Shown: one piece after another, positions 35,338 to 49,170 of the stretch
Numbering within the stretch: position 1 is the first letter of the stretch
Layout of the letters: the number at the start of each line of letters is the position of its first letter
Assembly: GCF_964355755.1 (NCBI RefSeq)
Contig: NC_092671.1
Location: forward strand, 13,392,001 to 13,456,000
Length of the DNA stretch: 64,000 nucleotides
Reading direction: 5' to 3'
From: Antedon mediterranea
Lineage: Eukaryota; Animalia; Echinodermata
Translations under genes and position numbers: made by a program
The notes under the pieces: model-generated
The model's database searches: none
What the model was told of the DNA's origin: nothing
Seen by the model: only the letters and a program-made list of their open reading frames with translations

Positions 35338-38300
35338 TTAAGTACATACAATTTGATTAACACATTCTACAAACTGTGGAATGCTTTTCACTTCTGATTC
35401 TACAACTTGCTTCAGATCTCTATTCACTGAATCATAACAGCAAACTTGCAGATTTCTTATTGTTTTTACAACAGAATTCTGGATTTCTTTTGTTACTGCA
35501 AGAAAGGTTGAAAATAAATGATTAATTATCAATGTGTACTTTACTATACAATATTGTTTAAAGGTTCATCTCTAGAAGTTTTTTGTAGCATAACAAAAGA
35601 AACGATAAGACATTCTCAACCATACTTCTTTTTGGAAACACTGTACACGTTTCACATGTACACTGTTTGTACAAACAATTAATTGGGTTTTTTCACATCT
35701 TTTTCAGTATCATTTGTTGATGTGCAAAGTTACAAGTTTGATGCGAGATTGTGGGTTTATTTTAAAACTAAAATACATTAACAGGGGAAAATCATTTGTT
35801 TTATATATAAAACTTATTAATATCTAATGTCCTTTTTTTCTTGAATTTTAACAGATTTTTTTTACCAAATACCAAAGGTTCTAAATATCTAACTTTACTA
35901 GTACAGTGAATGTTAACATAACAACAGTATTCATAATTAATCTTTTAGTGAGAACACTAAATTAGCAATTAGTAACAATAAAATGAAAATAACAAAGTAA
36001 TGGATCAGAAGCTACCAGTAAACCTTTTTTTATACTTTTGTTTTAGATGCACATTCATGTGTGCAACTGACGCAAAGGTTTTAGTAAACCCTAACACTAA
36101 CAGTATGAAAATTAACCTAAAGCAACAGTAAGTCCAGTAAGTGGTTACACTTGACCATCACATATAATGTGGATTTAATCCTTCACTTATCTATTTCAAT
36201 TACAATTATCTCAAGATGCCATGAAGTCTAAGACAAAATTATTAAACTGGATAAATCAACAAAAAATCATACAGTGAATTAGTTTCAACATGAAAAACAA
36301 TAATTGATTAAATTTCTAAATGAAAGGCTTTACTTTCAAGGTTGTATTACTAATTACTAGCCATCTGTATTCCAGAATATCACTTTAAAAAAATAGAATA
36401 AGAAGAATAAAATAAACAGTTTTTTATTTAATAAAAATACAGTACTAAAAACAAGTGAGTGAGATATTTCTATGTAGGCCTATTGTTAGAGTTACTAAAG
36501 TACAGAGTAGTAGGCTTGTTTCTATAGTGAGATGTATCTCTCTCTGTTTGTACAATTAGGAACAAAAATAAGAACATTTTGAATTTTAGAAAATGGTTAA
36601 AAAAAACCTGACCCTGAGGAAAAATTTACGAGTTCTGTGTTTTAAAATTTTATTACTTGAAATATTTGTATATTAGGCAATGTACAGTACAAATTAACAT
36701 GGGTTTTTTTCACATTTTTTCAGTATCATTTGTTGATGTGTAAAGTTGAAAGTTTGATGTGAGATTGTAGGTTTATTTTAGAACTAAAATACATTAACAG
36801 GGGAAAATCATTTTTCCATATATATTTAAAACTCATTAATATCTAATGTCCTTTTTTTCTTGAATTTCAAAAGATTTTTTTATCAAACACCAAAAGGTTA
36901 TAAACTTATTACCAACAGGTGGACACAATATTAAATGAACTCATCATGTGTTATACATTGGGTTTATTTAAATGCTACATACATAGCCTTGAACTTTAAT
37001 ACTTAAAATTCCCAATAAATGGTCTAGGGGCACAATCCTTTGCACCTAAGGCATAGGCGATTACCACAGAAACAAATCAGTTATGTGAGAAATTAAAGCA
37101 TAAAGACAAGTAGCCTATGCAAATATAAATGTGGGTTTTTTTTATTTCATACACATAATTTGCCCATATACAGGATGGATAAACTTCCATCATGCTTTAT
37201 ACCCTTTGAGGCTTACTTACGGAGGCCGTGTTCAACACTAGCACTAGCTCAGAATTGAACCCTAGATCTTGTGATTAGAAGGCAAACAACATGCTGACTA
37301 AGTCATGTCAACTGATTCTGGGATCTACAACTGTAATAATTTAACAGAGAATATATTTTGTTTTGTGGCTAAAATGTTACCACAACAATAATGATAAATT
37401 GATTTAGCGAAGTGAAGTCATGAATTTATTTTAACATTTTGAAAATGGCATTTGTCAAGGATGTTTCCATGGAAACATCTTTATCCAACATTAATGCCAG
37501 ACAAGCCACATAAAAAGGAATACTGCAAATTTTATTTCAGTTTTCGAAACAAAATATGTTACTGGTTCATTAACTGGCCATTAAAGGTCCTATAAGAATT
37601 TCTGTCATCTATAATAACAAAAACTAAAATCACAGAATCTTATTCAAAAAATCCAATTAATGTTAACCCTGATATAAAGCCCAGAATGTAGCTGTTTTTT
37701 AAATCAAATCATAAAATATTATGTATGATAAAGAATCAATAATATACAGAAATGAAGATGTTAAGAAAATGTAAACAAATTGTTCTGGTTTCCTTTGAAC
37801 TGTATAACCATACATATACTTGTTGTGACCTGTTTTAAATTAGGCTAATATTCAAAACTCAATAACAAATTATACCTTTATACTTGGTGGCAAAAACAGA
37901 ATAAAGCAACTAATATTTGCAGCTACTTGATGAATTTCTTTTTACAAATGGATCTTTAGTAATTGTCGGTGCAACGGTAAAATAAAACAACTACTAAATG
38001 TATACAGTAAACTATGCAATTTATTCCAAGTGAATCAAGTGAGAATTCTCAATAAATAGATAAAATATACACAATATTTGATAAGACAATGCAATAAACG
38101 GTGTAGCTAAGATGCTGGTTGAGAAAAGAGTGTGTTAATAATGTGGTCAGTGCATGGTAATATTGGGCTTGGCCCATCTCATCTGACCAATTAGGATTAA
38201 GAGAATTAATGTGGTTTTCTGTTTGGTCGTGTTTATACACGCAGTGCATGCTAGGATAAAAGGTCAAATCGTTGATCGCGCTTGAATTGGCTGAGTTGTC

Positions 38301-41300
38301 AACAATCATCGTCGCCTCCTCGCTGTCCGATGTATTCGCGCGGTTTTTACCATTTTCATTATTGTATTCGTTCACGTTTGCATTGTTGTTTATTTTGTTC
38401 TCGGTTCATTTAAATTAATAAAAGTTATTTTAAGGGTTTCATTGTTTCATCTATACACTATGGAAGAAGATGCCATTTTTGCGATGTTATTTTTTATTCT
38501 GTTTGGAGTGGGAAACGATAGTAGAGGCCTACTAAGATCGAATAAGATGCTTTACTCTCATTGCCTAATCTGGTAGGCGCTGCACTGCTGGCTGCCGTGG
38601 GTCCGTGGAGGGCCTAATCCGAATTTCCTCACTGAGGACAAATAATAATACAAAATACAATACAAAATAAAATACTAGTACTACCACTACGAGTTGGCCC
38701 CACTAGGCTAGGCGTAAGAAAGACGTGGTAGGAGGATGATTGCTGGCAGCGAAGCAGCAATAAATGGGCCCAATCTTGTTAGCAATGTCGCATGACATGA
38801 TTGATATTACGACCTGTTTTAACGAGAGGTCAAAATATACCCTGAGGACACTTCCAACACGGTAACGGCGACCGGGAATCCACCAAATTTTAGGATTCAG
38901 CCAAGTAGCCTTTTTTGCAATTAAAATCTCATTACACGGAATCTCTTTGTTGTTATACAACACACTTTTCGTAGGCGTGTAGAATATGCGTGTAATAGCG
39001 TGTTGTATAAACGCGCCCTTAGAGTTATTAGCATTCTTAAAATCCATTAGCTAGAAAAGTGAAGGTAATCTGTCAATGTGAGGTTAAATAAAGAGATATA
39101 TAGAGGATGTATAATCAAATTAAAAGTAAATGTTGAATTGTTTAAAAGCTATGTGGTAGGTCTGCTACAGATCATTAAAAAGTTGATTATTAAAATAATT
39201 TCCATACGTTTGTCCTTTCCTAATCCTTACTATTATTAACTCATGTTAATATAATGTTAATCAGAAAAACTGCATAACAAAAAACCTCATAATAATAGAA
39301 CATTTTTAAAATACATAAATTACTCTGGTGAATAATAAAATAAATATAATCCTACCTGCATTACTCTCATTAAAACCTTGTAAGCATGAATCATATAAAA
39401 GTCTAAGAAGAGCTTTAAGTAGAACATTTGTGTGTCTTGTTAAACTAAAATAAGGGGGAAAGAAATGCATTTGATTTGATTTATTTTACAATTGGCCTCA
39501 CTTCAGGATTGTATAAACATAAGAATAATAATAAAAGAAAACTGGTCACATAAAAATGTATTTACCAAAATAAATAAGAATATACAATAAAAATTGAATC
39601 TAATGAGAAATTATTCCCAAATTAAAAGGCAAATTTCTATTGATATTAAAATACAATACCAATTTGTGAATTTGTTGATAATAACATGACATTTTCATTA
39701 ATGTAGAATTACTTCAATCACATTCTGTCTTACATACACAGTATGTTGGAAAAAAGTCATGAGGTTAAAGACGGTGGGGTTAAATGTTATAAATAAATAG
39801 AGCAACGGAATTTTCAGTTACATAGTAATACATTAGGAATAATTGAATATTATAATTATTATAACTAAGCTATTTTTCAACAGATTATATATTGATGAGA
39901 AATCATAGGAAATTTAAATCGCAAATCAGATAAAAACAAATTCTGAACTAGAAAAATCGACAGTTCATTATAGAGAACAGGAATTACTAATCATGTAACC
40001 GGCACCTTAAGTATTAATAATCTATAACAAAATCACTCATAAATTAAGAAAGTTCATTTTTCATTTGTAATACTGAACAGATACCGCAAAAAATAATCAT
40101 AAAATAATGGACTAACACGTTGAAACCATTGGAGCTTGACCTAGCGCTGGTTGGTCCAGTTTGCATAAACCCTGGGGTATTTGTAGCACATTCTTTTAAT
40201 TAGACTGAAATTACCTTGAGGAGACTGGCAGCACATAGCATGTGTTAGCATTAATACTGTAGGGGTAGTTTCTGTTGTTTAAACAGGAATTAGATTTTAA
40301 GATAGCTCAAAATTTAGCCCCAAGTCTTAAAAATATAGGTTGAGTTGATTAGTAAAACCATTAATCCACTTTACTTATTACTCATAATTTTGTAAGCCTA
40401 GTTATTATGGCAAGTTTAACATAAAATGTGGTAAACAAACACTTTAAATCTAAGATTAAGAAAGCTGTATATGCTACTAATATTATTATGTAACCACGTT
40501 TTCTATCCTATGCTTCTGCTCTGCTCTCCTGAAACAGTTTATAAATTGAGTATACTTTCATATACTAAACTTTTCTATTGGCAATCTAAACACTTAATTT
40601 AACTGTTACTTTGAAAACGCAATTAAAACTTTTCTTTTTACATTGGTTGCATTTCTCTTTAACATAAATTTATTCACATACATGTACTATTTAATTTACA
40701 TACCAGAAACATATCTCTAAGCGTGTTATTAAAATATTAAGAAATGAATAATAAATATCATACCGAGATCCAATGACTTGTACAAGTTTGTTTGTTAATT
40801 GCAATGTAGCCAGTCTTCCTTTCTCTTCTTGTCCATCACTAACTTCAAGATAACTACTTATAATTCGTAGCAAGATCTATTATAATATAATTTATAATTT
40901 ATACACATGCTTGTAGTAAAATTAGTCTAAATCACAAACAGCATTAAGACACACAATATTTTTTTTTTACCAGAGAATTCTTATGTAGGAGAATTTTACA
41001 GTAGGCGGAGGTATGCACTCTCTGAGTTGCTTTCTAGTTATTACTGTATTTAATGTCTATGTATCACTAAATGTACATACATATTTTTTTTTATTTGTTT
41101 GGTTATAACGTTTATTTGTATGTAGTTGAAGTTGACTGCACAACTAATGAGTGTGTTGCCACTGATCCTAAAGTGTCTTGTCAATAAAGCTATTTATTAT
41201 TACTAATAGTAATACTAGGTATTCTTAAAACGAGGAAAGTACAAATGAACTGAGAATTATTTGTTATTAATTTACATCAGTAATTGAAAAATTCCATCAT

Positions 41301-44300
41301 TGAAACATGCAGAAAGACCAAGTCATGCGTGTAGAAACAACAACCCACTAAAAGCCTACAACATTATTCACTGTAAAATGTCAGAATAAAGTAGGTGCCA
41401 CCATTCACAGATAATCTCAGTACTATGCAGATAGTGATACTGTGTTTAGTGTTTAATATCAATTTAAAGTTATATAAATTCGAACCATAGCAGATAAGAT
41501 ATAAACTCAGTTACATGTAAAGCCAGTCCCTGGTGTAGTAGATAAACCTACTACTAACTATGGTATACTTGGACTTGGATTTTGGATGTTTATTTGTTCT
41601 ACAAGATTTGACAATTTCTGAAGGTCAGCTTGTTTGGCCTTTACTACATTGATTTATTTTCAAAGATCGCCACAGATGATCAGCTAAAAGCTGCACAGAG
41701 ATAAACTGGTTAAATGGTGTTCTAACACCCAACCAATTTATTAACACAGTTGAGCACTTTGTGGATATATGTGCGATTTATAAATCTTATTATCTTATCT
41801 TATATTTGTTCACATCAGAAATAGGCCCAAAGTCATTTGAACTGTGTATGAATAAAACCTATATTTTCTTTGAATCTTGGCAGCAGAATGAGGAAAACTG
41901 TTAACATAACATTTTCAAAATAACAATTAAAACCTAATCTATTGCATGTTGAAATGCCATTTAACCAGTTATGGTTATTAAATTTATAGCGACAAGAAAA
42001 TTTAAGACTTTGTTTATGTAGAACTTCTTGTGTGTATGTATGCATTGTCACCTGTATCAGGACAGTAACAAATTGTATTAACAGTCCTTGGCAATATGCT
42101 GAGAAAGAAAATACTAAAAATAATGAAATAAATATATAATATAATATACATATTTTTGAAAAATAAACAAAAAAGCCTAATAAAATGGGGAAAAAATAAC
42201 GTAATGAAAAAACAGCTGCTTCCTTAAAAATAAAATATTGACAAAGAACATTAATGATGCACAGAAAGGTGGTTTCTAAATAGGTTAACTTGCTAAAACT
42301 AAAAAAATAAAACCGTATTCAAGAGAAAGAAAATAAAATGAATGATTATAAACAGATGTCTTTAAAGACTACTGAACAGATAAAGTCTACACCTGGTCTA
42401 CACCCACATACCGACATGTACATTCTAGAACAACCATACAGATATTATAACCATAAATATTCCCAATTTATATCATTAAAACCGACCCAATAAAATTTCG
42501 CCTCCACTTTTTTTTTTTTCATATTGTTTTTCCACTACATTTATCGAGCTTCAATATTTCCTAAAGACCAGGACAAATGGTGGCAGCAAACTTCAAAAAA
42601 TTAAATGAATTTATATTTTTCCCTATGTCTTTTATAATAGTGTGAATGTACATTATTAACACTGTGGCCACCACTCTGGTCTAATAAGATTCTTACCTTT
42701 AAAGCAATAACCAAATGTTTAAATGTGTTTAAGTAAACAGTTGAAGCCTACCTTAATATGGCGTAGTATAGTGACTCCCATCTTATCAACAAACAAAGGA
42801 ACATATTTTAAGTAGAGTCTTCTAAGTACAATAACTTGTTCACTCTCCATGTTGGCCAGTAAAAGTTGCAGTATCTCATCATATCTATTTACCTGTGAAG
42901 ATGAACAAATGTACTTTACAATTCGACACATATATTCATTTTATTTGTCCAAAAGGAATTCATGTTAACATACAATTGCTCAAAATTAGTTGAAGATCAA
43001 CAACTAAGACAACAAATGGAAATTTATTCTAGATATTTGGTCTATAAAACAGGGTGCTTTCATTTCATCTTGTGTCACTCGACAATTCAGACGAATAAAA
43101 GCCATCTGCGCATGCTCAGAAACATATGAGCATGTGCAGAATGACTCTCTAAAATATACAGCATAGAAAAACCAATAAATTAAGATTCATATGGAATGTG
43201 GTATAATAGCAAAAACTTCCATTCTCTATAACTATACACATTTTTTTACCAGAAATTAAAACAACCAATTCCTAATTTCCTAAGCTTTGTTCCTACTTAA
43301 TAATAATCAACAACATTTATTTAGAAACAGTTCATGAAAAAAAAAGAACTGTTTCAGGGATCAGAAAAAGAAGTAAAATATACCAACCCCTAAACAAAAA
43401 CAACAAAAAAGCAACTGCATGACAAATCATTAGCTAATAATAGTAGATCTATAAATTATAATCCTAAAAAAATTCAAAAATGTTTTAGATATTTCATTTA
43501 ACAAATAAAAATTTAATTAACGGCACATTATTGGTACTTGGAAACAACGTAAGAACGTGAGCATGCCGCAAGTAATTTGACCAATAACAACACAATGAAT
43601 CTGAACTGGTGATTGTTCAACTCACGTGTGTCGTGTTACATCCAAGTGGGAATCAAGCTTTAGATAGCAATAATGCTTACATTTCTCACACAATTGTCTC
43701 GTATTGGCGATTTCTCAATGACTCCAAGTATAGACAACATGCATGGGATGACAACGTCTAAAAGATGGGCTTTGTTAGAGTAGATTTGGGAATGCACTGC
43801 GGAGTAGATGACACCAGCTCGATTATGCCACTTTAATTCTGTTGCATCCTGCAATAAATGTGTGAAAATATATTCTAATTTGGATTGATATTTTCAGACG
43901 ATGAGCAAGAGGTCTATATTTGTCAACAAATATTATACATATATTGACTGCTTAGAGGTTAAATATAAGATTTGACATCCCCGAGGGAATGATATTAAGT
44001 TCGAGGGAATATATATTTCCCGAGAACTTAATATCATTCCCGAGGGGATGTCAAATCTTATATTTAACCGATATAAAAGGCAATATCTGTTATATTATAT
44101 AGCCAAGAACAAGTCTGCTGGGTTGGGTGAAGCTAGGCTAGGCCTCCTATAGTATTTGTATTGTATTTAAACAAGCCTGCCTAGACACCTTACCTTGCGA
44201 AGAAGAATATACAGATAATTACTAATTAATGATTCCTTGGCAATAAAATATTCACTTAGGCCTAGGTCGTTTAAATTAACAGGAGAATTTCCATCAATAA

Positions 44301-47300
44301 GCCTATTAATAATAATATTATAATCAGGTAGGCCGAACAATTCGTCTTCTTCTCTTCGAGGAGCCGAATTACCGGATGTTCAGCGCGTACTAGTTACTAG
44401 GTTACTACCGTGAGTATTGACCAATCACAAACTGTGTTTCATCACATTTAGGGTGGACTAATAACAAATGAGGGCGCTATGTATTCATAGCTTAAATAGT
44501 TTAGAAGATTAATTTCTTCAAGCTCCGTGGCGCAGCAGTTGAAGCGTTGTCTTGTGATGGAGTGACAATTGCATCGCAAGTTCAAGATCCAGTAGATGAC
44601 TTTTGTTTATTTATCGGCAAACGCGAGTGTTGCACACGAAAATTACACAGTCAATATCATCGTACTCGAGAATTTATATGATTAATGACAGGGGACACGA
44701 TAATTACGCGAAAATTACACAGTCAATATCATCGTTCTCGAGGATATATACGATTTACGATCCTCGCAGCGGTAGTCATGTGATGCAGTTTCAACCAATC
44801 ACGTTCGCGTATTTACATAGGCTATGTAATATACACATTTAATTTGTATATTTGTGTGACTACTTGTGTTGTAGTCTTTGAGCATGAAAGGGGTTGCTAC
44901 CCAGTCAGCCAATGAAACCAGTGATTTCATGGTAGGCTATCTGCATACCTGACCTGTCTTGGCCAACTTTTGTCACTCTCACATATTATATCAGTCTAGT
45001 ACACATTATTACAGAATGTATATCAAATAATAACAAACATCCATTTGAGAAGCTGTATGCCTGTTTAATTTCAACCTATACATAATTCACAAAACTTACC
45101 ACTTCTTTTATTATATGGCAAAGGCATTCTATCCCTATGATCTTGTTTGGCACCTACAAACAATAATCACGAACAATATTTAATTAGTACAATTTTACAT
45201 AGTGAATGGATGTTGCTTTACTATGTTTTACAATGGCTATGATTCATTTAAAAGAATGGATATGTGTTCTAGTACCAAATTCAAAGGATTTACAAATTTT
45301 ATTAAAAGGAAATATCTGAACCACATCAGCAACCTCACACAAAAGTGTTTCTCAGTATAAATATTCAGAGAGGTTTCATAAAAACAGTAAAATCTATCTT
45401 TCTTGAATAAGTTTATACAAAAATACATTTTCTTTGATTAAACAAATTATTATCTAACAGGTGATAAATTAAGGTAAAACTGTTTGACAGCCTACAACAT
45501 ATAAATAGCAATTTTAGTATGTTCACAATTCAATTTTAGCCATATATGTAAATTATTGACATGTTAATGATTTATGACATAATAGCTTTCAATAGGTTGG
45601 ATTATTCAATTTAAGTATAAAAAGTACATTGTCAGTCAAGAAAATAACAGGAACTATAAAACAAATGATACAGCTTTCAATATTGATATATTAAAATTAA
45701 GTATAAAAATGAAAACATAACTGACAGAAATAGAGCTTCATCAATGTGGTAGTACATTGTGAAATCTGTTATGACTAATACGAGTCAAAGCTGGTGTTAC
45801 TGCCATTTGAAATTGAATGATAGGAGTTGTATTTATAGCTTGGTGCTTAAGATTCTTGGCTACAAAGAGTGGATTGCAATCATGTCTGATGTTCTGATTT
45901 TAAATTCTGCATCAGAAACACTGGATAACCAGTATATGCCAGCCAATGGATTTTTGGTTGAATTTAACGATTTATTTTGTCATTTTATTTTTTTTTTCTA
46001 CGGAAGTGTTTAACTTTATTAAAACTACAAAATAACCTATTCAAAGTCTGATTTAATTAATCTTCATTCTTCATGTTTTTGGGCGACAATACATCTTTAA
46101 GTTTTTTTAATTTACTGTACCTGATAGTCATCTGTGAATAGCAATGCTGATGGTAAAACAATATCAAGATGTTGTCCAAGATGAGGGTGCTGTAAAATAA
46201 AATATAACAATTGTATCACATCCACTATTTGAAATAAACACCATAAAATGATAATCTAAATACCCACTCAAACTTGTTATTTTTAGCTTTTTATGAATTC
46301 ATTGGTGTCTCTATTTTGTTACATTAATGTTTACACAGTATACGTTTCTGTAAATATGTATAGGGACATTTGACTACAGATTTAGATTTAAAACCTAGTA
46401 GTGCATTTCACTGACCATCATTTGTATAAGACACCATTTATAAACATGTTGGCAAATTGGTTCTTTTTTCCACGTTGATTTAGTTAGTTTCGGTTGTAGT
46501 ATTTTTAGAACTTGACTAAACATTTCCTGTGGCAGTATGCGATCCTTATCTGGTGTCTCAAGCGGACTTTCATATGTAAGTAGATGTCTGATAGAGGGCT
46601 CAGTACATGCATTGCACAGGACTAACTGCAAATCTAAAAATGATCATCAGTTTTTAAAACACACCATACTGTAGATCATAAAAATATTTAAACAAGTACA
46701 GTCTGTCATTAGGGAGGTTTCGCAACCTTACGAATACGATAACGAAAACGGATACGTCACACATTTGTGAAACTTTTGAGCTGATCCCCATTTCATATTC
46801 GTAAAGCGTATTCGTGTTGACAAATATCACCATCATTTTCGTAACTACAAAACGAGTATAGTGTTTGATCTATTTTGCACATTTTGCATTTGAATCCGGA
46901 ATGATTCATGATTGTAATATAATTATAGATTTATTGAAAGTAATTTACTAAAGTAATTTACTAAAATGCCAAGTAAATTTTGATAAATAGCAGTTTTTAA
47001 AGTCCTCACTCGCTTTGATGTTATGCTAGGCCTAGGCAGCCAAGCAACACGTACCTGCGCTTCGCTCAAATTTACCGCAGTCATATTTTGGACGCGCCTC
47101 AATATTTCATTGCCATGCGAAACAGATTTTTTATGGCTTACAAAAACGAATACGTGTGCGTGACGTATCCGTTTTCGTTATCGTATTCGTAAGATTGCGA
47201 AACCTCTCTATTTACTTGAGATTATTATATTGTTCAGTTACTGAGCAGATTTAAGTGAAAAATGTTACATTATATCCTATCTCGCCTTAATTCCAAATTC

Positions 47301-48375
47301 ACAATACATTGCAATGAGTTTTCTACTTTCAAGTGACAGATTGTGTCATTATATAATAATTTAATTTAACGCATGAGCATTTTATTTTTAAAAAGCAGTA
47401 CAATACCTTTAGATTCTTTGATTGAATATTCTGATGTCCACTGCATGAGCGTATCATGTGTAGCACACATAATAATAATGCGACTTAGACATATTCTTAG
47501 AAACTGTTTAAGTAATTGTTTTCCTGATAAATGAGGTAACTGTAGTACATTTCTTGTAAAGTACATAACAATGGCTGCCCGCTGAGAGAACTGCTTATTT
47601 GCAATATTATCCCAACCTGTAAATAAAGAGATCTTGTTATGTTGCAGGTACACGTTTTGGATTTTAAAATAAGGAGATGGAGAAATTACAATGGAATTAG
47701 GTTGTTACATCTCAATCAAAATCTTTATTTATTCACGAAAATATAAAATACAATAGTACAAAATATAAAGCTCGTTCACCATAAAATAAAGGTGTTCTTC
47801 CACAAGTTTGTGATAGGTAATGAAATATATAATATATACAAATAATACAGTGGGACCATGGAATATTTTCATAAATTCTGGGTTGGTACCATTCCTTAAA
47901 AGTGTAATAAATAGGTCTAGTGCTAGTTATTACTTAGAGAATATGTGGTTATGCTTACTTTTACCATCTTCATTGACAATGGTCTGGGCAGAGTCTAGCA
48001 TACACTTAACAGAATAGCAGAGAGCCCTTCCAACATCACTTGATATATCATTATCTCTCAGGTGTTTTAATATTTTTTCTGCATTCAAAGACTTTAAAAC
48101 AAAACGTTTACAGTATTTCAAATTATCTGACTTAATAACTATAATACTACTATAGTTTATAGCGAATAAGGTTAAGTTGGTTGTATGGTAGAGGAAGATT
48201 ATCCTAATCTATTCATTCTTATTATTATTACCATTATTAATAAGAATTTTACTGACATTATTCTTACTATTTCAGAAATGGGTGAACTGTTGTCAATATT
48301 TTCCTGCATTGCTGTGAACTGCTCAATAATTCCTTCATGTAAGGGTTCTGTTGTTTCCTTGTTATCCATTTTCAT
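35338..48375 (-). CDS. TTI2: TELO2-interacting protein 2 (TTT co-chaperone subunit); 11 exons, ~486 aa
   Basis: Minus-strand exons 48375-48268, 48091-47959, 47616-47407, 46633-46416, 46189-46121, 45153-45100, 43848-43681, 42892-42752, 40876-40764, 39444-39356, 35495-35338; 1461 nt, in frame. LQPKLTKSTWKKEP, HLDIVLPSALLFTDDYQ, NKIIGIECLCHII, ELKWHNRA, MESEQVIVLRRLY, YLEVSDGQEEKGRL and LLKALLRLLYD match TTI2 as recalled. The boundaries of the first two exons are less certain. Confidence 0.9.
35685..36899. repeat. Local direct duplication of ~200 bp (35685-35880 and 36700-36899) in the last TTI2 intron
   Basis: gggttttttcacat...tttcagtatcatttgttgatgtg...ctaaaatacattaacaggggaaaatcattt...taatatctaatgtcctttttttcttgaattt occurs twice, ~1015 bp apart. 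Confidence 0.85.
37140..37310 (-). mobile_element. Decayed tRNA-derived SINE
   Basis: The minus strand reads tgacttagtcagc (A-box-like)...gggttcaattct (B-box-like), followed by a GC-richer body. Confidence 0.4.
43935..44832. mobile_element. ~0.9-kb non-autonomous DNA element with a ~113-bp internal hairpin (43957-44069) and a tRNA-like segment (44522-44600)
   Basis: ggttaaatataagatttgacatccccgagggaatgatattaagttc / gaacttaatatcattcccgaggggatgtcaaatcttatatttaacc; a duplicated cgaaaattacacagtcaatatcatcgt unit near the right end; TGGCGCAGCAG A-box-like and GTTCAAGATCC B-box-like motifs. Boundaries are approximate. Confidence 0.6.
46711..47209. mobile_element. 499-bp MITE with ~50-bp TIRs and ATT target-site duplication (PIF/Harbinger/ISL2EU-like)
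   Basis: att|AGGGAGGTTTCGCAACCTTACGAATACGATAACGAAAACGGATACGTCAC ... GTGACGTATCCGTTTTCGTTATCGTATTCGTAAGATTGCGAAACCTCTCT|att. Confidence 0.9.
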
Positions 48376-48459
48376 TTGTTGGGAGGGGCGTAAAAAACCT
48401 ATAAAATAAAATTTAAAATATATATTATATAAAATTGGTGGTATACCCTATATTTTATT

Positions 48460-49170
48460 TGATAGTGGCCTAGGACTAATATATTAATATAAACAACTTT
48501 TTCAAATATGCGTACAGAGTAGGCCTACCTAGGCCTAGAGTATAACCCAACTAAGCCCACACACTACCAAGACTGAGGTCTGGGTCCACCCTAGGCTTAT
48601 TTAGCCACGTAGAGAGTATTACTATTAGTCATTGTAAATACAATTTACTATTTTTACTTAATTTTTTTAAATAGGCCTACTATGATCCTATCCTAGTTTA
48701 ATCTGTTTAAAACTAGCTAGACTAGGCCTAGTCTGGCTAGCCTACTGACTATGCTACTACTAGCCTAGTACCCAAGTATATTGATTGATAGACTAGCCTA
48801 TAATATATACTATTTTATATAGCCTATCCATGAAGGTATCTATGTTTATACCTCCATGATGGCCTATCCCTCCTGCTAGCCTATCCTGCCTCTGGCTAGG
48901 CCTAAGCCTAGTCTTATTAGAGGGTATACCCCTACTCACCAGGCCGATATTACTCTCTATTCTACTCTAGGCTAGTGGGCTACTAAATGTAAGTACTAGC
49001 TAGAGGGCTAGCCTAGGCCTAGCTAGGACTCGCTAGCTAGGCCTAGCTAGCCTACTAACTAGTACTATATTATTATTAGGGCCGAGACTCTAGGCTAGGC
49101 CTAGGCCTAGTTGTTGTTTTTTATTAATCTTTTTAATACCAGCCATATATTGATGAGGTAGGCCTATACA
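48460..49170. repeat. CTAG/AGGCCT-rich low-complexity tract 5' of the TTI2 coding region
   Basis: Dense taggccta, ctagctag and tagcctag words; similar tracts at 51595-51655 and 52845-52985. Confidence 0.75.

Noticed and set aside
35061-38650. Self-cleaving ribozyme (HDV-like or hammerhead) in the repeated tggctgccgtgggtcc...tgaggac motif
   Set aside because: I could not build the nested double pseudoknot or a complete CUGANGA/GAAA three-stem core; it is better explained as a retroposon 3' end.
41540-41720. Exon-like GC-richer block in a TTI2 intron
   Set aside because: The TTI2 model is complete and in frame without it, and its translations do not resemble TTI2.
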